Shown piece after piece: positions 1 through 15,708 of a stretch of 64,000 bases of DNA (positions are counted from its first letter, which is position 1; each line of letters opens with the position of its first letter). Below the pieces are notes generated by a model. It saw only the letters and a list, made by a program, of their open reading frames with translations. It had not been told where the DNA came from and did not search any database. The stretch comes from Eledone cirrhosa (lineage: Eukaryota). Both the position numbers and the translations under genes were made by a program. The stretch spans positions 303,924,001-303,988,000 of the forward strand of contig OZ024742.1 of assembly GCA_964016885.1 (NCBI GenBank), read 5' to 3'.

Positions 1-87
1 AGTCTCTGTTCCATACCCTAAAAGGGAGGCATGGGAAGGACGCACAAAGATTGTATATCACTGGACCACAAAGAGAGTTTGGAAGGG

Positions 88-795
88 AGCAAACCTTGAC
101 AATTGGAACCTGGAACATCATCAGTTTTGCAGGTATGAAGTAAGAAATAGTAGAGGAGGCTAGATACTACCAGCTGGATATAGTCATAGTTTCCTCAACA
201 AAGTTTTGTTATTTTGATACTCTAGATATGGATGGAGGGTGAAAACCCCACTATTCAGGTGTGCCGCCAGAAATGACTACTGCACAGGTGATTGGAGATA
301 ATCAAAACCCCCCGGCTGTAAGAATATTTTATGGACTAAATGCCTTTAGTATCGAGGATTTGCCTCTTTAATCTTAGGCTGAAAAATAGGTCTCTGTGGG
401 TGGTGCAAGTTCATGCGATAAACAAGGAGTCCTAATACAGATCCTTTCTTGATGCAGCGATAGATTCAGTCATATATCCTAATAGAAGGTTTCAGTGCAC
501 ATGTTGACACTGACCACCTGACATGGAAGGAGGGATTTGAAGGAACTGTGATCTCGATCCAAATACAAATGGAGAGGCTTTATTAGACATTCCAGCAACG
601 GTGTCTTTGATATGAACACCTTCTTTCAGTACAGAGACAACCATGAATATACATGGTATAAGGGGAATCAGGTACAAAATCAATAATTAATTTTGTTATT
701 GTCTCTGATCTCTTCGACTCTTTGCTGGATGATCGTGTTAGGAGAGGGGCTGAGCTGTCAACTGATCACCATCTAGTTATCTGCAATCTGAGTCT
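88..795 (+). pseudogene. Degenerate AP-endonuclease region of an RTE-like LINE
   Basis: Manual translation across frameshifts gives LTIGTWNI, QLDIVIVSSTK, VVQVHA, NTNGEALL, NTFFQYRDNHEYTW and VRRGAELSTDHHLVICNL, which are ordered APE motifs typical of RTE-clade LINEs. Confidence 0.6.
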
Positions 796-1646
796 ACAAA
801 CCATTAGAAACATGACTTACGTACTCTTTCATTAATATATAATCTAACCAAGATATATCAGATTAAATGTTAGTTAAACTCGTGCTCGTTTGGAAAATTC
901 ATATATATTCTTTTTGATTATCCATATGAATATATGTTTAATACATACAGATATAATGTTTTGAAACAGACACATAAAAAATTAAGTTAAAGAATCATGA
1001 ATTATATAAAAGAAATATAGCTTTCTAAAGAATCTAACATTTACTTTTAAGTTTTATATTGACTTAGTTCTACAGACAATGTGATGGAAATTTCGATAGC
1101 AAGATATAAATGATACATATAATGTAAAGTTAATAGATTCTATACTGACTATTTTCCCCAAACGAGCAAGCTAATTTTTTTCTTTCTTTCTTTTTTCTTT
1201 TTTTCTTTCTTTCTTTCTTTATTTATTTATTTTCTTTCTTTATTTCTTTATTTCTTTATTTCTTTATTTCTTTATTTCTTTCTTTATTTATTTATTTATA
1301 ATATTCTTTCTTTACTTATTTACTTATGTATTTTTTGTGTGGTATATGCTTGCTTTACCTATCTGTATATCTATTTTGTAAATATTCTAAACATTTCATA
1401 GTTAACGGTTAAAGACGTTTAATTTTTCTCTCTATTATTTTTTGTGTTATGAACAGCGTAAGATAAATGGTATTTAATAAAATAACAAATATCTGTTTTG
1501 ACCGGTTGTCATTTGTGACGTTCAATAATTGAATCCTCCAGCCACAAGCATACATCCTTCCTTGTGTATCTAGGACTTCATTATCAAATGTACATTTCTT
1601 TCTCCCACATAATTCCTCTTTACCTCAACCCAACGCCACTCCCCAC

Positions 1647-1692
<46 letters not shown>

Positions 1693-1929
1693 ACATCGGA
1701 AATTAATGAAAATTTAACTTTTATTTCTCGTAGTGAACGCGACCACACATTATCCCTCCGACTGCTAAGTCACCCAGGGGAGCCAACAATTTCTCCGTTG
1801 TTTACATTCATGGGAAATAGACTATGCTCCAAAGCATAGATTATGCTCTGTACATCTCCGTAACTGTATCCATATTGAATCGCCCACTTGCTCTATCACG
1901 ACAAGTTATAACCTCTGTTTTGACTTCAC

Positions 1930-2075
1930 AGGACGTAGTATGACCGAATGGTTAAGAAGTTTGCTTCACAACCAATAGCTTTATGGTCCGATCCTTATAC
2001 ATGGCAACTTTGGCAACTGTCATTTCCCGGGTCAACCCACGAATTGAGAATGAACCTGGAAACTGTTTGGAAACA
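1930..2075 (+). mobile_element. Degenerate tRNA-derived SINE
   Basis: A-box-like tgaccgaatggttaag and decayed B-box ggtccgatcc at tRNA-like spacing, followed by a SINE-like body. Confidence 0.4.
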
Positions 2076-3372
2076 CGGCGGATGGACTGTTTCAGTAATT
2101 CGAAGGGCCAGCCTTCTTACATGCTCTGTTTCATATGCACGCTGTTCCGTTGGTGTACTAATCGCCAAAATTGACAGAGGTTCATTCCATTTTTATTTTG
2201 AGTCATTAGAATTATCTAGTATATTATACAGATGATAATACCCCAGAGAAAAATAACAAGATCCAAACCAAGATATGTTGATGTGAGCGAGAATTTAGTA
2301 GAATTTCTCTTTCTATCAATGTATACTCTTTTATTACTGAAATATATTCCTCTTAACATTCTATCAACATAGATTACTTCAAGTTCATTTAGATCATTCC
2401 TACGTTTTATTAGATCATTAAAAATCAACTTTCCTCAATTCTTCCGGGCTACCTAAATAAGTAGCATAACGAGGGCGGTAAATTTTCGTTTGATATATGT
2501 TCGGGTTCTTCGCTTTATGACTTTGCTTGTGACGACATTGATGCTGAGCTCTAATGGGTCACTTTTTGTCTCTTGGGCAAAAAGTAAACACCTGACTTCT
2601 GATCTTATCCTCAAAGGAACAATAAACAATATTTTTCTGAACTGCGGCATGTAGAGGAAATTTACAAGTACTGATACATGGTAACTCCACAGTGACAGAA
2701 ACCTCGGGTATTAAGAACAATGACTACATTACTTTCAACAAAATTATCCATTGACATAGAAGAGCTATATATGGTAGGGTGCAAAACATGATACATCTCT
2801 TTGCTGCCTGCCATAAATCATAGATTGAACATGGAAGAGAGAGTGTTAAGAACATGAGAAGTTAACGTTTTAGAACATGAACAGTCTCAATTCAGAAGTT
2901 CTTCATATCAATAATAATTTCATAAGAATAACCTTGTAAATATATAATATATATATATATATATAAAACAATCAGCGCAATGCACATTAGATCAAGTGTA
3001 GCTGTCAGTTGAGTATAGGTTACAGTCGATCAGTTACTTTGCTGATCGATAAACTCACTTCATTAACGATCATGCTAGAACTGCCCTCCAACCGATTGAT
3101 CAAATGAAGCCACATAAAATTGTTCGGTAATCGAATTACGAAACATATTTTCATTCCCATAACATTTCATTGATTATCCTGCAAAGTCCGTCTACGAATT
3201 TGTTTCTTTTTTCTTCTTCTTTATATATTTATTATTAATTTTGATTAACATATTTTTTTTATATAATTCCAAATTAACATGTTCAGGCTACCACGTTCAC
3301 AACCACTCTAACTTCCTCTCCCTCACCATAACTATTGACCACTCTCGTCACACACACACCACATATTTCATG

Positions 3373-3445
3373 GCTACTGCTACTGCTGCCGCTACTGTTA
3401 CTGCAGCTGCTACTACTGTTGCTGCTACTACTGCTGCTGCTGCTG

Positions 3446-3495
<50 letters not shown>

Positions 3496-3518
3496 GTTGC
3501 TGCTGCTGCTGCTGCTGT

Positions 3519-3584
<66 letters not shown>

Positions 3585-3631
3585 TACTACTACTACTACT
3601 GTTGTTTCTGCTGCTGCTGCTGCTGCTGCTG

Positions 3632-3688
<57 letters not shown>
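3373..3688. repeat. Compound (CTA)n/(CTG)n trinucleotide microsatellite
   Basis: Directly visible; it produces the poly-T/A and poly-L ORFs in the track. Confidence 0.95.
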
Positions 3689-3769
3689 GCAGTTATCAGT
3701 ATTAATATATCAGTACACTAAAAATATAAAAGCACGCTGCTCTACTGATTCTTCACCAGCATCATACTA

Positions 3770-5650
3770 ACAACGCCACCAATACACAATACCACTCACT
3801 ATACTACCACCACACCCCAAAACAACCGAAATAACAACTATAACATCACTCTTTGCTATAACACTATTATTATCGACTCAAAAACCTCTCATCACATCTA
3901 CCACCATCACTACCATCAAGTCCCCGTTCTACCCATCTCTACCCTCCTCTAACCCACCTAACTCCAGCACAACCATCACTACCATCAAGTACTCATTTTG
4001 CCAATCTCTATCCTCTCCCCCATCACACCTAACACCATCACAATCAGGCCACACGACTTCCCATCTCTAGCCTCCTTTACCACATCTACCATCATCACTA
4101 TCATTACTACCAACATGACTCCCTTCTTCCCATCTCTTATCCCCCTTATCACATCTACCCCCATTTGCATCTTCCCTACCATCACTACTATGATGACTTC
4201 CTTTTTCCCGTCATTATCATATCCTCACATTTCCTCATCATAAACCCCATCTTCCTAATCATAATACCACCTTTCCATACCCCATCATCCCACTCTCCCA
4301 AGGTAGCCACCCCCTTTCCCATCATAATCCACTCTTCCCCATCATAATTTATGTTTCCTTTCATGAGCCCCCTATTCCTTATTATAAGCTCCCTCTTCCT
4401 CGTCACAACTTTTCTCCTCCCAATCATAACCTCCCAACTTCTATCATAACGCTCAGCATATTCACTATTTTCTCCATCAGTAATTCACTCCACATCATAG
4501 CAGCAACTTTAACAGCTACTCCCACACATAACACTCCTACCACGATAAACCGCTGCTTGGTCACTTGCTTTACTAGAAAGAGCAGGCAAATTTGCCTCAA
4601 ATCATACCCGCCCGTCTTTGAAATGTAAACATGAATAACATTTGTTTCTACTGTTGACACAAGGCCAGCAATTACCCCAGTGCATTACTGGTGCTTTATT
4701 TTATCGACTCCGTAAGGACGAAAGGCAAAGTTAACCTCGGTGGGATTTGAACTCAGATCATAAAGGGACGTAACTCTATGGTGTCTGACGCTCTACCGAT
4801 ACTACCGATCCACCGCCCTTGAAAGATTGAATAATATTGTCAATAGTTTACTACACTTAGAAGCAGGCTGGATAATCATGGCTAGTATGTACTCAATCAG
4901 ACTTGAGTATGTGGTCACCCTACCTGCTAGAAATAGGAACCACATCAACGGCTCAAAAAAATATGGAAAATATCTTCGATATACTATGTCACAAAATAAA
5001 GGAGTGTTGATCATTTCTGGAATATATTTGATTCCTGGACTGTTTTATGAATGGTGGCGTAAGGTTAATCAGTGAGACCAATCATCAACAATACCAACAA
5101 CCCTTGGAACTGATATTTTCAACATCATCATAATCATCATCACTATTACTAATACGACAAATATCACTATTAAACAATTACTATCACTCCTAACACCACC
5201 AGAACTAAGACCATTGCTACCATCACCACAATTAATAATAACGAAAACTCTCCCAACACCAGCATCGGCACCACAGCCAAAGCCATCACCAACATCTCCA
5301 CCCTAACGCCAATAACAACACAGCCACCAGCACCACAATTAATAACAACAACAGCTCTGTCACCAACACCACAACCTTCACCAACAACCCCCACCTCCAC
5401 CATTACTATCAGCATAGCGACCATCACTGCAATTAATAACATCAACTCTGTTAACACAATCACCACAACATACAACGTCACCATCCACAGCTACCATTAC
5501 CTCAGTTAATAACAAGAACAGCTCTGTCACCACCACCCTCACCATCCGCCCAAACACCCTCCTCACCACGACTACCCCCACAACTACCACCACCACCGCT
5601 AACACCACTGCCTCAATCAACACTACTAACAACAGCAACACCATCAGCGA
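3770..5650. repeat. Degenerate CAC/CAT/CAA-rich low-complexity DNA (interrupted by a SINE and some unique sequence)
   Basis: Strong C/A skew with decayed trinucleotide units at about 3770-4560 and 5080-5650. Confidence 0.75.
4643..4817 (-). mobile_element. tRNA-derived SINE (family S1)
   Basis: Reverse complement reads ggcggtggatcggtagtatcggtagagcg (A box), gagttcaaatcc (B box), gcctttcgtccttacggagtcgataaaataaagcaccagt (core), ggccttgtg..agtagaaac (3' end). The family recurs more than 8 times in the window. Confidence 0.85.
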
Positions 5651-6312
5651 AATCTCCCTAAGAAATTCGAGGTCGAATACTGTTCTGAAATATCCTGCAT
5701 ATTCTCAGTCCAACAATATACCCAACTACCACATATCTTGGTTAATGTCATCCTATATACACCAGCAAAGACATCAACAATCACACAAAATATTTACAAT
5801 AATAACACTTCTTTCGACATTTACTATATAACCATGTCTTCCGTATGCATGACTTGTACCTCGAATGTTCCTTCCCAAGACATAGGCCATGACGGATTTA
5901 ATAGAAGGCTAGCAATTGCCCAAGCAGCATATCTCACATCTCTACATCATCGATGATGTCACGATGCGAGCTGATAGAGTCGAGAACAGTGTCGTTGCAC
6001 TGATACATTCAAAACGTAAACAGACAGAATGGATATCGCAAGTAAGCTGCTTCCACTCTGTACCAATGACACCAATCTACAACTATGAATGGTACCTTAT
6101 TTATCGATCCTGAAATGATGACTAGTAATGGGGACGCGGTAAGATTTGAAAACAGAACTCTGCAAAAAATACAAAAAAGTGATCAATCCGAATTCTAAAA
6201 ACTTTGCCAATTCACGACCTTTCTTTCCGTTGAACATCATGTATGAATGTCATTATGCCTTTACTCAACCATAGCTGACATCGGGCTAAACTGTAACAAC
6301 ACTATTAATAAT

Positions 6313-6493
6313 TGTTTCTACTTTTGGCAAAAGGCCAGCAATTATACCAGTGTATTACTGGTACTTTATTTTATCGACCCCCCGTAAGGATGAAAAACAA
6401 AGCTAACCTCGGCAGGATTTGAACTCAGACCATAAAGGGCCATAACTCTTTGCTAAAAAGCATGGCGTCCAACCCTCTACCGTTACTGCCAAT
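6313..6493 (-). mobile_element. tRNA-derived SINE (family S1)
   Basis: Homologous to 4643-4817; 3' end abuts a short AAT run. Confidence 0.85.
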
Positions 6494-7669
6494 AATTGTT
6501 AAACATAGCAAAAAGGAGCATGGTGAAAGAGCAGACGATTACATCATCTTCAAGGAGGCACCAGATTGACTCTGGTCCCGCTAAAAATAGTAGCTAGACC
6601 ATCCTGAAACCACAACCAAATCTTTATAAATCTGCTAGAAAAAAATATTAAACTATGAATGTCTAGAAATTCCTCATAAAAAAATGAAATGGTTAGAACG
6701 ACTTGTTGATGTTTTTGGTCTATCAACATGTGTCTGGAGCTAAATAACAATGACGAGTGCAAATGCTAAAACAGCGTCAAAACTAAAGCCACTACTGCAA
6801 TTAAAACTAACTCCACTCCGAGTATCAACAACTAGTAGAGCCATTAGCCTACAAGGTCAGAGAGAGCAGCAAAATCTTTCTCAAATTACATACTACTGTC
6901 ATGAGAAGGGGACAAAATCTCATTAGATGATCTCTGGTACGTCTTTGATCATAAGTCTGCTCAACCAAGGCTGCCCAGGTATTTAACAACACCAACAAGG
7001 AATTTCATTGTTGAAACAGAGTTAGTGTTTTAAAGAAATAAGGATTTCTAATATAGGCTGAAGGCCAGTAATTTGTGGAGAGGGCAAAAAAAACGATTAT
7101 ATGAAACTCTGAATTATAAAAGGCAAAGTTGACCTCGACCGGATTTGACCAGATTTGAACATAAATTGCAGCGACTAGTGACAAAATAAAGATTATTTCA
7201 GTGTTACCTCTCTTTCAACATATTACTATCATTTTCACCGTTCTCACATACTTCCCCCAATGTATTTCTCTATATATATGATTCCTACATATCTATAAAT
7301 CATTCTATCTATTAATCCATATTCTCACTATCACATTTTATCCCTTGCTTACTGACTCCCATTTACTTCATTTCTGTCACACCTCACACTTTATCTTAGA
7401 TTATGTTATATTTGCTAATCCCATTACCATGAAAGGAAATCATACATCATATGCATTTTTCAACAATGAATTCACGATAATTCCCCTCGCATTAACATAT
7501 ACATACACGCATATGGCAAAAGCCACTATAGTTGTCAGTGCATATAGTATCGAAGATATGGGGTGTTTAAGAGGTTCCATATACAATCATAAGGTACCAG
7601 GATATACATCAATTCGCGGCACCTATTGAAAACCTCATTATGAATAATGCCTTGTCGGTGAATATTCAA

Positions 7670-7793
<124 letters not shown>

Positions 7794-7870
7794 GTTATTC
7801 CGGGTTGAATCGGAGGTAACCACAGTAAGAAAGGTACTCATTACATAGCAGAGTATAAAAGTTTTAATAT

Positions 7871-7974
7871 AGATGAGATTCTACAGGACTAGAACTGTTT
7901 CATTCTTTAGAAATCATCAGATATCTGATGATTTCTAAAGAATGAAACAGTTCTAGTCCTGTAGAATCTCATCT
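7871..7974. repeat. Perfect 104-bp palindrome containing a hammerhead-like core; probable inverted Penelope-like pLTR remnant
   Basis: 52-bp arms with the centre at 7922/7923; the arm carries CTGATGA-tttctaaagaat-GAAAC-agttcta-GTC; set within (TA)n. Confidence 0.8.
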
Positions 7975-7978
7975 CTAT

Positions 7979-8016
<38 letters not shown>

Positions 8017-9146
8017 ATATACATGTATGTGTATTTGTATATCTAGCGATATACGGTATGTTTACGAATGCACATTTGAAAGCATTTAGCTATGAATTTT
8101 GGAAGCTGACGACTAGAGCCATCAGGCGGATACCGGCAGAAGCAGGGGCGGGCAATCTGTCGACGGTCAACCATTTCTGACTCAAGCCGTTATCAAGATA
8201 ATACTCCCTCTCCCCAATCTTTGCTGGAATTCAATATAGGCGAAAACATATTGTTTTGATGCCTATGCATATGGGCTGATTAGCCTCATTTGCATATTGA
8301 GTTGTCGGCCGATAATATAATTTTCCAGATGTTAAATTTTCGAGTATGGTACAAGGTTCCAAGAATTCACGGGTAGTAATTCGGTATAAAATATTGTATT
8401 AGGAAAAGAAGGCAAAGATTGAGGAGAAATTTGAAGAGAGATGTATTTGATTAAATAATCTAACACGTGTTTCATTGCGTATTCAATAATCTCCAACAAG
8501 AGTTGTATAAGAATATTCTTTCTACTCACACACTTGCATTATGGTTTCATTCGGCAATTTTTCAGCATCTCAGCCGTCTGTATACGTTTGTATAGTGGGT
8601 ACCTGTACATGTGGGAATTCATAAAACAACTTTAACAACACATTTACCACTCGAGTGAGTGAACCGTTACTCTAAAAGATAACTGACCATTAATTACGTC
8701 TACATTCAGGTGCTATAATAAATAACTTTTTTCTATAGCCGGATGTAAACAAGTCTTATAAATTATTGAAGCCCTGTTTTAGAGGTGGGTTAACGCTGTG
8801 GTAATGCTTTCGTACGGTATTAGGTTTAGATTTAAGTTCAGGGATAGGGTTTGAGTTATACGAATTTAGATTATCCGTAGCGACTGCTAGACACAATTTT
8901 CAGTCTCTAGGTGTATCTTAATTAACTATTCTAAGATATTTATAGCAAGTAAACTTGTTACATTTATTTTCTTCGAATAGGATTCTAGCATTTTCAGATT
9001 TCAAATCACCCAGCGCTTAGATAATCATTCCTCTCGTCTTCCTGCCATTCTCGTAGAAGCTGGAATAAAGGATGGTCAGTGGCCTTCCGCAAGATTAACC
9101 GATAAAACACAATTGCATGTCGAGGCATGTTATTGTTGATAAGCAT

Positions 9147-9211
<65 letters not shown>

Positions 9212-9410
9212 TATATATTCATACTTGCATGTGGAGGTAAATGTTATATTATATTACATACATGCATTGATTTAGATTTTTTCATTTACGCAGACACCTA
9301 GAAAACGAAACATGATATCAACTATATGGTGATAATACATTACAAAGATTATATGTGTGTGTATGTTTATATATATATATACATATATAAGAGAGAGCGA
9401 GAGAGATAAT

Positions 9411-9592
9411 TATTTCTACTTTATGCACAAGGCCAGCAAATACCCAGTGCATTACTGGTACTTTATTTTTTATCGACCCCGTAAGGATGAAAGGCAAAGT
9501 CAACCTCGGCGGGATTCGAACTCAGATCGTAAAGGGACGTAACTATGCTGGAAAGCATGGCGTCCGACCCTCTACCGATACTGCCAATCCAC
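9411..9592 (-). mobile_element. tRNA-derived SINE (family S1)
   Basis: Same A/B boxes, core and 3' end as the other S1 copies. Confidence 0.85.
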
Positions 9593-10321
9593 GCGAGAGA
9601 GATAATCTGAGAGGGATAGTGTGAGGGAGAGATAGTGACAGAGGTATATATATATATTCCCCCTCACGCTCACGCACGCATATATAAGTGATATGTGCAT
9701 GTATGAATGTATGTATGTATTCATAATCATATACAAATATGTAAAAATACATATATGTGTATGTCTTTCCTGGATGTTTTATATGACTTTTATATTACCA
9801 AACTTCAAATCTGAAATGCAGAACAGAACAGAGAAATATTTTGCCGATTGATTTAACAATAATTGTAGGTAGGAGATGAAACAAAAAAATGAAAACGTAA
9901 AATAAACCAAACAAAAATAAAAAGGATATAAAGTAAGAGAAAGAAGAAACGAGATGTAGAAAGAATGAAACGAAAGATGTTACGAGGGAACAGAGCGAAA
10001 CAAATAAAGTAAATTTAAATAGGAATCAGAAAGAACACAAATATAGAAATTTATAAAATTTATCGAACTTAGCAAAGACAACGATAAAGAAGAAATACAT
10101 ATAACGGAAAATCATGGCAGCTGTTGAGAAAGGAAGAAACTTCCGATTATATATATGATGATGTTGTACCACAGTAAAACCAATATTTTGCCAGTATTTA
10201 CGGGTTTATGAGCCGGTTTTCAGCAATCGAATTTTACCATTGATTGTAAATTTGTTGATTGATGTCAGTGGCTTATGTGAAATATTAATGAAAAATTCTC
10301 TTTCTCACTCTCCCCTTCTCT

Positions 10322-12436
<2,115 letters not shown>

Positions 12437-14194
12437 TTATGCATATACATGTACATATAAGGCAAACGAATCAGTAAATAATGTTACATCTCTCCTAAAT
12501 TCCTATTAGTCATGGGTAATAAATACGGAACAGGGAATGGAACTTTTCTCTATGTGCGCTGCTGTTACTGCTATTTTTTTAATTGTGTTCAGTATTCATG
12601 GAATGGTCGTTATCGTCATGGTGTTAATATTAGCAATCATTGTTACAAGAAAATAGTCGTCTCAATTTATTTATATTGATTTTTTTTTTCTGTTTCATGA
12701 CGGGGACCCTATATGGGGTAGGGATTATGAGGTACAATTTACCGAATTAAGATTAATATTGGATGAGGGAAACATCGAGTTGATCATTAGTAATAAAGTT
12801 ACTTTTATAAGTAAATAACAACAGGTTAGCAACAAGGATGGATACCTGAAATTGGAAAGGGCAACTCTCGTACGGGCAGTTATATGGGCATAAAATCACC
12901 GCACATGAAACTCAAATGTTTCTCTCTGTTCTTGTCGTTAACCAAAAGCCGGGGATTTCGTTAGCACTTGGAATTTGACTTGATCTAATCAAATGCCACA
13001 TGACAGAAATTTCCTACTTAACAACGGTTCTTACTTTACCAAAGGTATCCACACCTCATTCAATTTTTATCAATGATACAACTACGGAATTATCTGTCAC
13101 GCCTATAATGGTTCACAGTCTTCCGTCTTTAGGATCTCAGCAGATTTGTCAACCTTGTTGCCTACCTACACCATATCTACCATGATACCTTTAGAAAGCA
13201 CTGTGTTTGTTATTGACAGCAAATGGATCTATATACTTTTAGAACACCTGCCTCCCACACAATGAATCAGACATGAGTGTATATATTTTTCGGAACTGTG
13301 CACAACATTCATCATATCTTTACACACTTATGGCAATAAAACATTTGGGTATTATGTTTATTATTTGCTTTACATGTATTTCCATTCAACTAATGTTATA
13401 TATCTTCTGGAACGACTATATATTAAGAAACAAGCCAGACTCCCTTACATATAGTTGACAAATGCAATGCTATGAAGAGATTGCTAGCAGTTGTATGTAT
13501 ACAAGCGGCGGCAACAGCAACCTTTGCCACTTCCGCGAGATTCTTTATAAGAAGCATGCTACTTTCCTGATCCTGTTGTTAACTCAAAGATATTGTTATT
13601 CTGTCGAGAAGATAGTTGTACATCTATATTTTCTCAACTAAAAACAACAAAAATGAGCGAAAATGAATACAAAAAAAGGAGACTCCGGAATAATTTATAT
13701 CTCTTCTGTATGATTTATGGATTATCTCCTGGCCGGAGTGTTTCTCATTTTTCATCAATATGGTTGAGAAAGAAGGCAATATCTCTTCTTGATCTGCATT
13801 TCCTCGACTTTCCTCTATTATTCTGTCACTATTCTGCAAATTGGTGTTGTTCACACCATAGTTTCTATTATATTCAATTTCTTTCTTGGTAATATCGATG
13901 TCAATGCAAAATCACTTCATGTTACAGTGGCAGAGTTCCTACAGATTTTACCTTAATAGCATAAAACATAGTGATGCTTTTATGTATTTGCGAGTGAGGC
14001 AAGGATAAGAGTAATTTCAGGAAAGTACGTGTTTAGAAGATTTATGTTTTCCCGCGTCCATTATATTTTATGTTCAATTCAAGACACTAAACCTCAACTT
14101 TCGATGGGTTCAACCAATTGAATAATAGCCAATAATATTCATGTAATAATGATGTGTTATTATTGAATCAACAACAACAACATCAACAATAATA

Positions 14195-14480
14195 ATAATA
14201 ATTGCTTCCTCATTGGTCACAACGGCCTACTGTATGGGGATTATATTATTGGCCACCTTATAATACAAAATATATCATAGAGAGGGGCTATAAAACATTT
14301 AAATAACTGAGACACACCATGTACTGCAAGATAAAAAAAAATAACAGGATTAAATCTAACTCAATTTATAAAATCCAATTCATGGAGTTCCTCAATTTGG
14401 AAGGAGCCATTATCTTCCTATTCGGGAACATATCTTCTCACTTGACTTCAATTTGAATGGTAAACCCAATAATCGGCCCA
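14195..14480 (-). mobile_element. Old, degenerate 3' end of a Tx1-like LINE
   Basis: Reverse complement ends ccgttgtgaccaatgaggaagcaattattatt, resembling the Tx1 terminus ccttgtggccaataaa(g)aaa.c-(ATT)n. Confidence 0.3.
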
Positions 14481-15453
14481 TTTACGAGCACCCAACGAGC
14501 ACACATCAAGTTTCAGGGTCTGGTTTTTGTTCAGTCCAATAATGAATCTCATAAGGCAATCCTAAGAAGTACGTCATCCCATCCATTACCATCTAGCATT
14601 TTAGTTTAATCTGCATTATCAAATACCAACATCTGACAGACATCAGGTTTCCGCTGGGTTACAATTTATAATCGATATTTGGTATCAATTTAAAAGCAGA
14701 ACGTGTAAGAATATAGTGCTTCTATCGACAGATCATGGGAGATTTAACATTTGTTGTTGTTGTTGTTGTTGTTACACAATACTAGGTAAGCCACAACATA
14801 TCAGACATAGGATCAAAGAGATTTCTGTTCTGAGAATCGCATCCTTTTTATGAGTATATGGGAGTATATTACGTTATGAATCTGTTTCTTTTCTAAGACA
14901 TGAGGATATGATTTAAGAGATATTTGGCTGCGAATCTGAAAAATTTGATTTAGCTTTGGTGGATTCTGCAGATGCCCAAAGAATACTCAAATAATTTTGG
15001 CCCGTAGTCATCCTCTTCCTATATTTCTTTAATTCTCACTCATTTGCCAATTCGTCAGGTGTATTTGATTATTCATCTTCCGAATGAGATCAATTTTCGT
15101 ACGTCAAATTATTTGAGATAACTAACTTCACATCCTTAATTGTACACCTGCAGAATATGTTATAATACTATAGAAATGCTATTATAGCCAGATGATGTAT
15201 ATCCCATTTCATCAAACTGATCGTGAATGAAGATGTCACTTCTTGATACACCTGCCTTTATAATATTCTAAATTCTATATTCAATATCCCCACATAACAA
15301 TAATGAATTTATGCAGAAATATATCACATTATAGTATATGATATGCTATTATATTATAATAGAATATATATTCAAAGTAATATAAATGATTATAATGTAG
15401 GGTATTAATATTATATTATGCGATTACATATATATATGTATATATACATTATA

Positions 15454-15483
15454 TAGATAGATAGATAGATAGATGGATAGATA
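15454..15483. repeat. (GATA)n tract, left boundary of the GATA array
   Basis: tagatagatagatagatagatggatagata abutting a LINE 3' end. Confidence 0.9.
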
Positions 15484-15708
15484 AATTTCTTTATTAGCCA
15501 CAAGGGCTCAAAAGAAGGGGACAAATACAAATGGGTAGTTTACATACAGGTATATGAAAATAAAACTATTGATAAAATAACAAATAACAATTTATATCCC
15601 CAATAGGGGGGAGGTGTTACACAGGGGTTGTACACCCCCCGAAAAAATGTACAACCCAGGAGCACCAAGAGTGAGTACTCCCTTCGTCTCTTCCTCTTTT
15701 TCCTCAAC

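Noticed and set aside
2216-2428. RT-like words (IYVD..YLG) on the minus strand; similar faint traces near 13000-13200 and 15100-15260
   Set aside because: Possibly ancient LINE debris but too decayed to call by eye.
3241-3721. Poly-Thr/Ala and poly-Leu ORFs (mucin-like)
   Set aside because: They are translations of a (CTA/CTG)n microsatellite, with no splice or domain support.
4643-4817. tRNA genes at A/B-box motifs
   Set aside because: No cloverleaf; the boxes lead into a shared SINE core and tail.
13593-13892. Short ORFs with a faint Tc1-like look
   Set aside because: No catalytic motif or TIR could be identified.
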